This document shows, piece after piece, positions 32,671 through 42,288 of a DNA stretch of 64,000 nucleotides; within the stretch, counting starts at the first letter, position 1, and the number at the start of each line of letters is the position of its first letter. Source of the stretch: Candidatus Latescibacterota bacterium (GTDB lineage Bacteria > Latescibacterota > UBA2968 > GCA-2709665); NCBI GenBank assembly GCA_965248435.1, contig OZ252100.1, forward strand, positions 1,984,001-2,048,000. The letters are read 5' to 3'. Made by a program: the position numbers and the translations under genes. Below the pieces are notes generated by a model. The model was not told the origin of the DNA and did not search any database. It was given only the letters and a program-made list of their open reading frames with translations.

Positions 32671-34878
32671 TTAAGACTCTAATCCGGGTGAGCGCCCCCC
32701 GGCCACCGCCAGTCGGTCGACTGGCAGGCTCACCGGAGCATCCCCACGGATCAAAAACTTGCGGATCAGTCGCTCGTAAATGCCCACAAAGTCGGCGCGC
32801 CCGTTGTGCGAGTTGTAAAAATAGCAGATCGGATTCGGGTTGATTTCAAGGATAGTGGGTCCTGATTCACCCAGGATGAGGTCGATGGCGTAGAACCCCA
32901 GATCGATCACGCGGGATACGGCTTTCGTAATTTCGCCAAACAATCCAAGGAGCTCCGGTTCCAGGATTCTGACCGCCCTCCCGTCCGACTGGTGCAACGG
33001 ATTCAACGCCGACGGACCGTCCGACCCGTGTCCCGCCTTCTCATAGGCCAGAAGCAGCTCATCCTGACTGGCAACGACACGAAACTCCCGTCCCGAAACA
33101 AAGGCCTGGAAGAGAAGCACGTTGTCAAAGTAGGTGCTGCTTTGGCACAACTCCCTGAGGCGCTTTTCCAAATCCTCCCGACACGATTCCAGATATACCC
33201 CCTGGGCAAGAGATCCCCAGTTCCGCTTGATCACGATCGGATAGTCGAAACGCCGTTCCACGTCTTCCACGATCGCTTCGAACGAGGTGTGGCGCTTGTA
33301 ACGGTCGAATCTTGCATCTGCGAGCGGGTTGAACACCTTCATCGTCTGCGGAACCGGCAGCCCGGCATCCTGGAAGAGTTCGTACTGATAGGCCTTGTCC
33401 TCCGCAAGCCGCGCGCCCACATAGTCATTGAAGGGGTGTTTGTTCCGAAGAAAATAGATCTTCCGCTCGGCGAACACCAACTGCAGCATGTTTCCATCTT
33501 CGGACACAGAGAAACAGTCAATGTCCAGGTTTTGGCACGCACGCTCGAGACAGGTCAGGCATTCCAGATGCATCTCCTCGACAAAACCGTCTCGTTCGCG
33601 TGGAAGATCAAGGAGTTCCCGAGCCTGGGACACCATCGCCAGGGAGCCAAGCACGCAGAGGAAATCATCGTCAGAAAGGCGCCCAAACTCGCGCTTCAAC
33701 GCCTGGAAACCGTTCGGCTCACACCGTGCAGGCGTTTCAGGGCCAAGATACTCACTCAGCACCTCGGCAGAGATCGCCCTGGGGTGACCGGACTGCGTGA
33801 GCACGATCTCCTCGGCAAGAGGTTCGATCACACGAAGGATGCCGGCGGCATCGTGCCCTGCGTTCACCCCAACGACAAAGCGCCACTTTTCGGAGACCGC
33901 TCGAAGGTCTTTGACCAGCATTCGGGCGGCGGCAGGGTTGTGGGCACCATCCAGAAGAATCCAGGGCGCCTTCCGAACGATCTCGAATCGCCCCGGCCAC
34001 GCGTGGGATCTGATCGCGTCTAGGGCGACCCCATCTCGGAACGTCGGCCCCAAAAGGTGTTGTGCCACAGCAGCCGCAAGCTGAGCGTTCTGATGGAAGG
34101 TGGCCGGACGGTCCAGGAATCGCAAATCACCGGGGAAGGACGCCGGCAGGCTTCCGTCAGGGCCGGTCACGCTGTTTTGACCACACACGTATATCGGCAC
34201 GCCCGACTGGGTGCCCAGCTCCCGAATTCGATCGAGTGCCTCTTCCGGCTGTGCCTCTGTCGTGAACAAAGGCCTTCCGCTTCGACTGATCTGAAACTTC
34301 TCCGAGACGATCTCTCCAAGCGTGTGACCCAGCACCTCCGCGTGATCGATGTTGATCGTGGTCAACACGGCCAGGTCTGCGTCCATCGAGTTCGTCGCGT
34401 CGAAGCGCCCGCCTAATCCAACCTCGAAGACACCGTAGTCCACGCCTTCCCGGGCGAAAAGATCCGCGGCGATCGCCGTCAGGGCTTCGAACTTGCTGAA
34501 GGGGCCAACTCCCTCGCGTTCGAAGTCCCGGCTCTTTTCGTAGAGACGCGTTACCGCCTCCGCCCAGGGATCCTTTGCCACGGCCACGCCATCCACTTGA
34601 ATACGTTCCCTGATCGTATGAAGATGAGGCGAGGTGTAAAGACCGACCCGCTTGCCGAACGCGCTCAGGAGCGCCGCGAGCAGGCTGCTCACGGTGCCCT
34701 TTCCGTTCGTACCGCTGATTACGATCGATGCGAACTTCGCTTCCGGGTTCTCCAGGCGGCGGAGTAGCGCCGCGATCCGAGGCAGGTAGTCTTCGGGTCT
34801 ACCCGCTACCGTTCCACCTCTTTCCCAATCATCCAGCGTGTCGAGATACCGCTTGCTCTGAAAGTAATCCATCCCCAT
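32671..34878 (-). CDS. folC: FolC-like Mur-ligase fused to a C-terminal ATP-grasp domain
   Basis: GTNGKGTVS, YTSPHL, EVGLGGRFDATN, WPGRFE, DGAHN; then EDKAYQY, PIVIKRNWGS, EFRVV, AIDLI, LEINPNP. Confidence 0.8.
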   Translation of the reverse strand: MGMDYFQSKRYLDTLDDWERGGTVAGRPEDYLPRIAALLRRLENPEAKFASIVISGTNGKGTVSSLLAALLSAFGKRVGLYTSPHLHTIRERIQVDGVAVAKDPWAEAVTRLYEKSRDFEREGVGPFSKFEALTAIAADLFAREGVDYGVFEVGLGGRFDATNSMDADLAVLTTINIDHAEVLGHTLGEIVSEKFQISRSGRPLFTTEAQPEEALDRIRELGTQSGVPIYVCGQNSVTGPDGSLPASFPGDLRFLDRPATFHQNAQLAAAVAQHLLGPTFRDGVALDAIRSHAWPGRFEIVRKAPWILLDGAHNPAAARMLVKDLRAVSEKWRFVVGVNAGHDAAGILRVIEPLAEEIVLTQSGHPRAISAEVLSEYLGPETPARCEPNGFQALKREFGRLSDDDFLCVLGSLAMVSQARELLDLPRERDGFVEEMHLECLTCLERACQNLDIDCFSVSEDGNMLQLVFAERKIYFLRNKHPFNDYVGARLAEDKAYQYELFQDAGLPVPQTMKVFNPLADARFDRYKRHTSFEAIVEDVERRFDYPIVIKRNWGSLAQGVYLESCREDLEKRLRELCQSSTYFDNVLLFQAFVSGREFRVVASQDELLLAYEKAGHGSDGPSALNPLHQSDGRAVRILEPELLGLFGEITKAVSRVIDLGFYAIDLILGESGPTILEINPNPICYFYNSHNGRADFVGIYERLIRKFLIRGDAPVSLPVDRLAVAGGRSPGLES

Positions 34879-34926
34879 CCGAACGATCCCCCTCGTGTCA
34901 CACTTCGTGATGGACACCCGCGAACG

Positions 34927-34956
34927 AAAAAACTCACCCCGGATGAAGGTGAGTTT
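34927..34956 (-). terminator. Intrinsic terminator after rpmB
   Basis: Minus strand AAACTCACCTTCATCCGGGGTGAGTTTTTT. Confidence 0.75.
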
Positions 34957-34982
34957 CGAACGGATGACACCTGTTCAAGAAA

Positions 34983-35171
34983 CTAAGCGGCTTTGGCCAC
35001 ACGGCCCGACTTGATGCACTGCGTACAGACGCGGAGGCGCTTCGGCCCGCCGTTTACGACCGCGCGCACACGCCTCAGATTCGGCTTGAAGCGTCGCTTC
35101 TTCTTATTGTTGGCGTGACTGACGTGGTTCCCCGTCATCGGCCCTTTACCACAAATCGCACACCTCGCCAT
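34983..35171 (-). CDS. rpmB: 50S ribosomal protein L28 (zinc-motif form)
   Basis: [32 protein letters not shown]...VCTQCIKSG. Confidence 0.97.
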   Translation of the reverse strand: MARCAICGKGPMTGNHVSHANNKKKRRFKPNLRRVRAVVNGGPKRLRVCTQCIKSGRVAKAA

Positions 35172-35370
35172 AGTCCGGAAATCTCCAGTGAAAACTTGGA
35201 ACCACCATATAAACAACTGCTAAATATAAGGTACGGGCTGAAAATTACAAGCAATTTTTGAAATCAAGGAGGTGCCCCGCCGGATCGATCTTCCGCCCTT
35301 GACAAAAATAGGGTCTTAACCGATTTTTCTGCAGGCGGCAGATTAGATTCAGACGACAGGGAGTCGAATT

Positions 35371-36750
35371 TTGAGTCCACAAATGCACAAAGTCAGCCTG
35401 GTCACATTGGGGTGCCCCAAGAACACCGTAGACTCCGAGCGAATGTTTCGGATGCTGGAACTGAACGGGTACGCGCTGTCGGACATCCCCGAAGAGGCGG
35501 ACCTGATCATCGTCAACACGTGCGGATTCATTCAGCCAGCAAAGGAAGAGTCCATCTCAGCTGCGCTGGAGGCGGCGGACTACAAGCGGACCGGCCGCTG
35601 CAAAGGCTTGATCGTCACCGGCTGTTTGGCCGAACGTTACACAGAGGACCTGAAGAAGGAGCTGGTTGAGGCAGACCTGATCATTGGATTGGCCGCGGAG
35701 AAGGATATCGTGCGCCACTGCGACCGGCTTCTCGGCGTCGAGAGGGCAGGCGTCGCCCTGGACGACAGATCGCGCCACCTGCTGACCCCGAGGCCGTGGG
35801 GCTACCTGCGGATTTCGGACGGTTGCGACAGAAAGTGCGCCTTTTGCGCGATTCCAGGCATAAAAGGGCCCAGCAAAAGCGAATCCATCGAATACCTCGT
35901 TGCAGAAGCGGTCCGAATGGTGGCCGGCGGCGTCAAAGAGATCGCGCTGGTTGCTCAGGATACGATGCGGTATGGCGCCGACATCTACAACAAGATTCGC
36001 CTGACCGATCTTATTCGTGAACTGATTCGCATCGAAGGGCTGGAATGGCTGCGACTGCTCTACACCTATCCTTCGGGGTGGAGAGATGACCTGATCGATC
36101 TCCTGTCGACTGAAGAAAAGCTCTGTGCCTACGTGGACATGCCGATCCAGCACGCGTCCGACCCGATCCTCAAGGCGATGAATCGAGGCACCACCCGATC
36201 CGCGATAGGCAAACTCATCCGAAACCTGCGGACTCGAGTGCCCAACCTCACGATCCGGTCGTCTGTCATCGTAGGTTTCCCCGGTGAAGAAGAGCATCAC
36301 TTTCAGGAGCTGGTCGACTTTGTAGATGAAGCCCAGTTCAGCCGATTGGCAGGATTCCTCTACTCTCACGAGGAGGGCACGACAGCCGGGATGAAAATCG
36401 ACACGGTCTCAGAATCAGAGAAACGGGAGCGGCTCGACCGACTGATGTCCCATCAGGCCATGATCTCTGCAGAAGTCAACAGGCAGTACATCGGACAAAC
36501 ATTCGACGTGCTCGTTGAAGAGGTCTCTGACGACCCGGATTTCGATTACGTTGGGAGAACGAGGATGGACGCACCGGAAATCGACGGCCAGGTCTTCATA
36601 TCGGGCTCTGCGAGAGTTGGGGAATTCGCGGATGTTCGGATCACAGATTCACTCGACTATGACCTGATCGGCCGCGCCGTCGACAACACCCCGCTCCTCA
36701 ACATCTCTCAGCCAGACGTCAGCTCGGCGTCCACCCGATCCGCCACATGA
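35371..36750 (+). CDS. rimO: Ribosomal protein S12 methylthiotransferase
   Basis: LGCPKNTVDSE, NTCGFI, CDRKCAFC radical-SAM motif, DAPEIDG (TRAM). Confidence 0.95.
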   Translation: MSPQMHKVSLVTLGCPKNTVDSERMFRMLELNGYALSDIPEEADLIIVNTCGFIQPAKEESISAALEAADYKRTGRCKGLIVTGCLAERYTEDLKKELVEADLIIGLAAEKDIVRHCDRLLGVERAGVALDDRSRHLLTPRPWGYLRISDGCDRKCAFCAIPGIKGPSKSESIEYLVAEAVRMVAGGVKEIALVAQDTMRYGADIYNKIRLTDLIRELIRIEGLEWLRLLYTYPSGWRDDLIDLLSTEEKLCAYVDMPIQHASDPILKAMNRGTTRSAIGKLIRNLRTRVPNLTIRSSVIVGFPGEEEHHFQELVDFVDEAQFSRLAGFLYSHEEGTTAGMKIDTVSESEKRERLDRLMSHQAMISAEVNRQYIGQTFDVLVEEVSDDPDFDYVGRTRMDAPEIDGQVFISGSARVGEFADVRITDSLDYDLIGRAVDNTPLLNISQPDVSSASTRSAT

Positions 36751-37232
36751 CGATCATCGCGGCAATGACCAACGACGGTGTGATTGGCAGTGGAAACACG
36801 ATGCCGTGGCGTATCCCTGAAGAAAGCGGACACTTCAGGAAGACGACGATGGGAGGCACCGTTGTCATGGGGCGAAAGACCTTCGAATCCATGGGATGCC
36901 GCCCGCTCTTCGGACGAAACAACATCGTCGTCAGTCGGACCCTGGCTGAAACCGAGGGCATAGACATTTGCGACTCGCTGGATGCGGCACTCGAAAAGGC
37001 CGCCTCTTACGGTAAGGAGATCTTCATCGCGGGCGGCGCCGAGATCTACCGGAATGCCCTTCCGTTTGCCGACAAGCTTTGTCTCTCTTACATTAAAGAA
37101 GCCTACGAAGGGGACACCCATTTCCCCGAATTCGACCCGAATGAGTGGGACGTCGTCGAAGAGACTGATCATTCTGAATTCGTTTTGAAAGTCTTTCAGA
37201 GGAAACGCGGAAATGGATCAACGTCAGTCTAG
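36747..37232 (+). CDS. folA: Dihydrofolate reductase
   Basis: IG..NTMPW, MGRKTFES, GGAEIY, GDTHFP. Confidence 0.95.
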   Translation: MTIIAAMTNDGVIGSGNTMPWRIPEESGHFRKTTMGGTVVMGRKTFESMGCRPLFGRNNIVVSRTLAETEGIDICDSLDAALEKAASYGKEIFIAGGAEIYRNALPFADKLCLSYIKEAYEGDTHFPEFDPNEWDVVEETDHSEFVLKVFQRKRGNGSTSV

Positions 37233-37282
37233 TGATCCACTCATCCTGAGCCGCCAGATACGAAACACGAGATACGTTTAAG

Positions 37283-38119
37283 ATGAAGCCCTATTTGGAC
37301 CAGCTGCGATACATCCTGGAGCACGGCACAGAAAAACAGGACCGGACCGGCGTTGGCACCATCGCCTGTTTCGGGTTTCATACCCGCTACAACGTGGAAG
37401 AGGGGTTTCCTGCCGTGACCACGAAGCAGCTTGCGTGGAAATCCACAGTCTCCGAGCTCCTGTGGTTCATTTCCGGGTCCGACAACATCAACGATCTCAA
37501 GCAGATTTACAGGCACAACAAGCTGTGGGATGGGAATTATCAGGATTACCTTGAAAGGATCGGTCAGCCTGAAAACGATGGGTCGATGGGTCGCATCTAC
37601 GGCGTTCAGTGGAGAGACTGGCGGAACGGGGAGAAGCGCGTTGACCAGCTCCAGGAAGCGATCCACACGATACGGACGAACCCGGACTCCCGGAGAATCA
37701 TCGTGAGTGCCTGGAACGCTGCCGAAGTGGATTTACAGGACGTGGCGCTGCCTCCATGCCACGCCTTCTTTCAGTTCTTCGTCGCCGACGGCAGGCTTTC
37801 CCTGCAGATGTATCAACGCTCCTGCGACATGTTCCTGGGTGTGCCGCTCAACATCGCCTCCTATTCCCTTCTGCTTTGCATGGTTGCAAAAATAACGGAC
37901 CTCAAACCCCACGAATTCATTCTCACGATGGGTGATGCCCACATCTACAAGAATCATATTGGACAGGTGGAAGAGCAGCTCTCGAGGACGCCCTTTCCTC
38001 CGCCCCAACTCAAGATCGAGGAAAGGGAGCAGCGGCAGATCGAAGAGTTTGTGATGGATGATTTCGAACTGCTGAACTATCAGCATCATCCACGGATCAG
38101 GGCCGAAATGGCAGTGTAA
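37283..38119 (+). CDS. thyA: Thymidylate synthase
   Basis: DRTGVGT, ELLWFI, LPPCH, YQRSCD, GDAHIY. Confidence 0.97.
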   Translation: MKPYLDQLRYILEHGTEKQDRTGVGTIACFGFHTRYNVEEGFPAVTTKQLAWKSTVSELLWFISGSDNINDLKQIYRHNKLWDGNYQDYLERIGQPENDGSMGRIYGVQWRDWRNGEKRVDQLQEAIHTIRTNPDSRRIIVSAWNAAEVDLQDVALPPCHAFFQFFVADGRLSLQMYQRSCDMFLGVPLNIASYSLLLCMVAKITDLKPHEFILTMGDAHIYKNHIGQVEEQLSRTPFPPPQLKIEEREQRQIEEFVMDDFELLNYQHHPRIRAEMAV

Positions 38120-38184
38120 CTCACCATTCAGCGAGAAGTGGAGTTTTCTGAAACCAATGTTATCTGTTACATCATCTGCTTCGC

Positions 38185-38375
38185 GATTCTGGAGTGTTGC
38201 AGTACTGGAGTGTTGGAGTATCGGGAAATCTTTCCCTTCTATTGCTCCATTAATCGATTCGCCCGCTATTTCGAACTTTCATCTCCCCGATTCTGGAGTA
38301 TTGCATTACTGGAGTGGTGGAGTATTGAAAACCCTGCCTTCTCATTACTCCATTACTCCATGCACCCACTACTCC
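38185..38375. repeat. Octamer-armed palindromic intergenic element (partial plus full copy)
   Basis: gattctggagt.ttgca.tactggagt...cattactccattactcc. Confidence 0.8.
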
Positions 38376-38445
38376 GGCACTAGCGCTTTTATTCCTTGTC
38401 CCTCCATCCCTCCAGCACTCGCGTTTCATTAGACCCGGAACTGAT

Positions 38446-39219
38446 TTGTCCTACGCCATCATCCTGTTGGTAGAAAACCCTGATGACAATCGACTCACCG
38501 GGGTGGTGTCGTCGCTGCGCGATTTGTGCAGTCATCCCGTCGAGGCCGCGAATCTCACGAATCTCGCGCCGATGTTACGGAGTGCCACTGAAACAGGCGC
38601 GGATGAGATCGTGGTCCTCCCCCTATTTCTGCAGTTTCCTGCACGCCTGGAGGCCGAGTTGTCCCGCGAGGTCGAGGCCGCGAAATTGGCCTGTCCGCAG
38701 GCCCAAATCACCCTGGCCCCTGCCATTGGATTCGGCCGCGGGGTGCGGGATCTGCTGGCAAACCGTGTGGAGCAGGCAATTTCGAGCCTGGAGGGAAGCG
38801 CCGGCGTGCCGATTCTTGAAATAGGGGGTCCGATGGCCACCCCCACTGCTTTCAGCTACCCTGATTTCAGGCAGCTGCCGGACCAGATCCCTGACGTCAG
38901 CCAGGTGATCTCCGGACGACCCGGCGGCGGGGTCTGGGTCAGAACGCTTCTCGAGCGTGTCGGCGTCAAACCCGACGCGACACAAGCGGTCTTCTACGCA
39001 CGAGAAGACGGTTTTTCCGCCAATGTCGCTCTGAAAGATCTCCGTGAAAACGGATTGATGATCTACCAGCTGGACGAACAGCCCCTGCCAACCCGGGAGG
39101 GCGGACCGCTGCGTCTCCTCATCCCGGGTGTAGAAGACCGCTGTTCGAACATCAAAGGCGTATCACGACTGGAAATCCATTCTGGATCAAAACGACCCGA
39201 GGCGACCGATTCGGCATGA
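38446..39219 (+). CDS. CbiX/SirB-like N-terminal domain fused to a molybdopterin-dependent oxidoreductase-like domain
   Basis: GADEIVVLPLFL...ITLAPAIG; PLP.REGGPLRLLIPG...SNIKGVSRLE. Confidence 0.6.
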   Translation: MSYAIILLVENPDDNRLTGVVSSLRDLCSHPVEAANLTNLAPMLRSATETGADEIVVLPLFLQFPARLEAELSREVEAAKLACPQAQITLAPAIGFGRGVRDLLANRVEQAISSLEGSAGVPILEIGGPMATPTAFSYPDFRQLPDQIPDVSQVISGRPGGGVWVRTLLERVGVKPDATQAVFYAREDGFSANVALKDLRENGLMIYQLDEQPLPTREGGPLRLLIPGVEDRCSNIKGVSRLEIHSGSKRPEATDSA

Positions 39220-40043
39220 AAGGCTTGAATCCAATCACAACGCTCCTCACGCTCATCCTCGGCGCTGGCCTCCCCTCAGTCGCGGCGCCCCAGGACCTGG
39301 ATGAGCTCCGTGCGACCACGAAGGACAAATACACCAAGGTGGTGACCGGGGGACAGATCCCGACGGAACTCCAGATTCTCTACAGACAGCTTTCCGACCG
39401 CGACCCGGCTGTGAGGATCAAGGCCGTACAGTCCCTGTCCCTCATCGGCGGACCGATGAGCGCCCTCATTCTCGCCCAGGCCATCGACGACAGCCTCGAG
39501 CGAGACGCGGCCGTAAGGATAGAAGCGGCGAAAGGCCTCGGAGACATCGGAGGGCGGCAGGCGCTGGAGGTACTCGGGATCGGCCTGGATGACCGTGACG
39601 CGACCGTGCGAAAGAGGACGGTCGCGTCCCTCCGTTGGGCAGGCACCGTCTTCGCCGTCCCATACATTCAGGCTGCCCTTCGAGGCGATCAGGAGATAGG
39701 GGTGCGGCTCGAGGCGGTCAGAATGCTCCGGAAGATCGGAACACAATTCAGCGTTCAGCCGCTGGTTGAGGCCCTGATGGGAGACCGGGACAACGGCGTG
39801 AGAATCGCCGCCGCCGATGCCCTTGGAGAGGTCGGTAAGAAGGAGCGGCAGGTGGCCCGTTTCCTTGGAGAGGCCTACCGGCAGGAGAAGGACATGGGTG
39901 TGAAGATGGAGATCGTCGGCTCAATGGGCCTCGTGCGGGATCGGGCCGGTCTTCCCTTCCTTCGTGAGGCCATGGAAGACCGGAGTTCGACGGTACGGAT
40001 GCACGCGACTCAAATCTACGGCCGGGTCCTCGGGCTTCAATAA
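39216..40043 (+). CDS. Exported HEAT-repeat protein
   Basis: Signal peptide; repeats of D...VRI.AA..LG.IG. Confidence 0.85.
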   Translation: MKGLNPITTLLTLILGAGLPSVAAPQDLDELRATTKDKYTKVVTGGQIPTELQILYRQLSDRDPAVRIKAVQSLSLIGGPMSALILAQAIDDSLERDAAVRIEAAKGLGDIGGRQALEVLGIGLDDRDATVRKRTVASLRWAGTVFAVPYIQAALRGDQEIGVRLEAVRMLRKIGTQFSVQPLVEALMGDRDNGVRIAAADALGEVGKKERQVARFLGEAYRQEKDMGVKMEIVGSMGLVRDRAGLPFLREAMEDRSSTVRMHATQIYGRVLGLQ

Positions 40044-40113
40044 GAGAATCTCAAATCCAGCCTGTCCACAATTGATTGTTGGTTGTTAGAATCTTCTCCT
40101 AAGATTTCACCTT

Positions 40114-40140
40114 GGCGAGGGCTTGTCCCCTCGCCTTTTT
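40114..40140 (+). terminator. Intrinsic terminator
   Basis: ggcgaggg-cttgtc-ccctcgcc-ttttt. Confidence 0.8.
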
Positions 40141-40244
40141 CGTGGTCCACGAGATACGGAATTCTTGTCCCGTTACGTGAGATGGTCTATATTGAAATCG
40201 GATGCGAGCTATTCTGACTCCACATCAATTTGAAGGAATTCTGA

Positions 40245-41975
40245 ATGCCCGAAGAGCAATGGTACGTGCTCGTTGGACAGGACCGTGAAGGGCCGTATAC
40301 CACCAAGGAACTTCACTACATGGTGGCTCAAAAGAAGGTCATGGCGGATTCCTTTATATGGCGAAAGGGGCTGAACAACTGGACCCGGATCCGTGAGGTG
40401 GACGAATTTCAGCCGGCCGTAACCGAGGCCGAAGAGAAGTCCGAGGAACAGGTTCGGCCCAAGCGGGAAGCACCGGTGAGGAAAGCCCCTGCCTCGGAAG
40501 AACCGCCCGCCGACGAGGCTCAGGAATCCAGACGGAGAGAGATTCCATTCTTTTTGAGACTTGCGTCTATCATCCTGGCGATCGGTCTGTTATCGAGCGG
40601 CATCTACTGGGTGATCTCTCAGGAGGACGCCAAACGCGCGCAATCATCCGAATCGCTCGCTCCGAAGGCGGAGCTGCAGCGCCTTGCAGATCAAATACAG
40701 TCTGCGGACGGCGCGGAGGCCGAAGCAGAGCTCATCAAGCTCGGAGGCAAAGCGGTCCCGGGCATGCTTCAGCTGTTAGACGGCGGCCTGGGTTCCCTTG
40801 ACCTCCCTGTCGGCCGTGTAAAGCGGATCATTATCGCTATTGGCCCAGTCGCCATCGGACCCCTTATGACGTTTCTGAGCGAGGGCGAATCCGAGGCCTC
40901 TGTCCGCGTCATCGCCGTCCAGGTGCTCGGAGAGATCGGCGGCCCGCGGGTGGTACCTGCCCTGATCGACGTGCTTGACGACCCCAGTCCAGAGGTACAG
41001 GCGGAAGCGGTAGCCGGCTTGAGTGGTCAGGGGCCCGGGCCTGTACGTGCAATGATGAAGCAGCTGACAGACCCCGTGTCCCCACCTTCGCCCCAGGCAA
41101 GAAAAAACCTTGCAAAGGCTCTTGAACCCAACGCCGGTCCGGAAATGGAATCCGACCTTCGCAGGGCAGAAGCCATGGAAGGAGATCCGGAAGTCAAGCA
41201 AGCCCTGGGTGAACTGTTAAGTCACGTCCAGGAGCTCAAGGCCGAGGCGCAGGCGACTTCTGGCGCGCCCTCCAAATTGGAAACCACCGCATCAGGCGCC
41301 TCTGTCGGCCCCGCTCCATCGGCTACGCCTGGTGCGACCGGGTCCGCTCCTCCGCCCAACGTAAACGTGAGCGTCCAGGCTACCGCAGAGGCGCGAGTCA
41401 CAATTTCCGAACCAGACAAGGAATCAGTACGCGACCCGGAAGCCGCGCGCGAACACGCAGAAAAAGGGAATGAGCTCAGGGAACAGGGGGAGAATGAAAA
41501 GGCCCTCGAAGAGTACCAAATGGCCTATCTCCTGAACCCGCTCCAGACCTACTACCTGATCATCCTGGAGCTCGAAGAGGAGGTTCCCGATCCGGGCCGG
41601 TCGGAAGAAGCAGAAGGCCTGGAAGAGCTGGAAGGGTTGCCGCCCGTTCCCGTAACGCTGGAAGAGATCCACGCCGCCCTGGCCGAACCGGAGCCCGACC
41701 TCACCGCCTACAAAGACGCCCCCGGGATGTGGAACGGGAGCCTGGTCAGATCAACGCCGCTCGGGAAGGATGCCGGAATGGACCAGTTTCTGGTCAAAGG
41801 CGAAAAGCCCGGGTTGGATTTTGTAGCTTCGATGCCCGAACGCCAGCGAAGTTTGAAGGATGTGAGGCCTGGAGAGAAGCGCCTGTGGAAGGGAACCCTT
41901 CAGGGCTTCAAGGTCGTGCGGGATGAGGGAAAAGGGCGGATGCTACCCGTGCTTCGCGTCGAGGATGTGGATTGA
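40245..41975 (+). CDS. GYF_2/DUF4339, TM, HEAT and TPR-like protein
   Basis: WYV..GQDREGPY..IWRKGLNNW; a TM helix; HEAT motifs; a TPR-like helix pair. Confidence 0.8.
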   Translation: MPEEQWYVLVGQDREGPYTTKELHYMVAQKKVMADSFIWRKGLNNWTRIREVDEFQPAVTEAEEKSEEQVRPKREAPVRKAPASEEPPADEAQESRRREIPFFLRLASIILAIGLLSSGIYWVISQEDAKRAQSSESLAPKAELQRLADQIQSADGAEAEAELIKLGGKAVPGMLQLLDGGLGSLDLPVGRVKRIIIAIGPVAIGPLMTFLSEGESEASVRVIAVQVLGEIGGPRVVPALIDVLDDPSPEVQAEAVAGLSGQGPGPVRAMMKQLTDPVSPPSPQARKNLAKALEPNAGPEMESDLRRAEAMEGDPEVKQALGELLSHVQELKAEAQATSGAPSKLETTASGASVGPAPSATPGATGSAPPPNVNVSVQATAEARVTISEPDKESVRDPEAAREHAEKGNELREQGENEKALEEYQMAYLLNPLQTYYLIILELEEEVPDPGRSEEAEGLEELEGLPPVPVTLEEIHAALAEPEPDLTAYKDAPGMWNGSLVRSTPLGKDAGMDQFLVKGEKPGLDFVASMPERQRSLKDVRPGEKRLWKGTLQGFKVVRDEGKGRMLPVLRVEDVD

Positions 41976-42004
41976 ATCCCGACCAAACCAGGTGATAGAT
42001 CTAT

Positions 42005-42040
42005 AAGAAGCCCCCAGGGTAACACCGCGGGGGCTTCTTG
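42005..42040. terminator. Bidirectional terminator-like hairpin between convergent genes
   Basis: aagaagcccc...gggggcttctt. Confidence 0.65.
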
Positions 42041-42047
42041 ACAATCA

Positions 42048-42272
42048 TTACAGAGAGCAGGCGCCCGGCCCCCGGGGATCTCCACACGACCCGCATGGCC
42101 CGATGGGCCCGCTTCCGGAAGGACTTCCCCCGCCCGAACTCACCGCAAACGCAGACAGCTGCTTCTCCAGGCGACGGCTCCCGCACGAAGGGCAACTCGG
42201 CTTTTGCGACCCCTGTAGCAGGACCTCGAAGGCGTGATCACACGCCCCACAGACAAACTCGAAAATTGGCAT
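42048..42272 (-). CDS. FmdB-family zinc-ribbon protein
   Basis: MPIFEFVCGACDHAFE...CPSCGS..LEKQLS. Confidence 0.88.
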   Translation of the reverse strand: MPIFEFVCGACDHAFEVLLQGSQKPSCPSCGSRRLEKQLSAFAVSSGGGSPSGSGPIGPCGSCGDPRGPGACSL

Positions 42273-42288
42273 CTCTAATACCCTTCCG

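Noticed and set aside
32671-34878. Cyanophycin synthetase
   Set aside because: Domain order is reversed, the motifs are FolC-specific, and there is no cyanophycinase nearby
35299-35327. rimO promoter (TTGACA)
   Set aside because: No convincing -10 box at 16-18 nt spacing
38138-38432. Short ORFs such as LECCSTGVLEY (also 47672-47898 and the start of 52244)
   Set aside because: They are translations of the octamer repeat element
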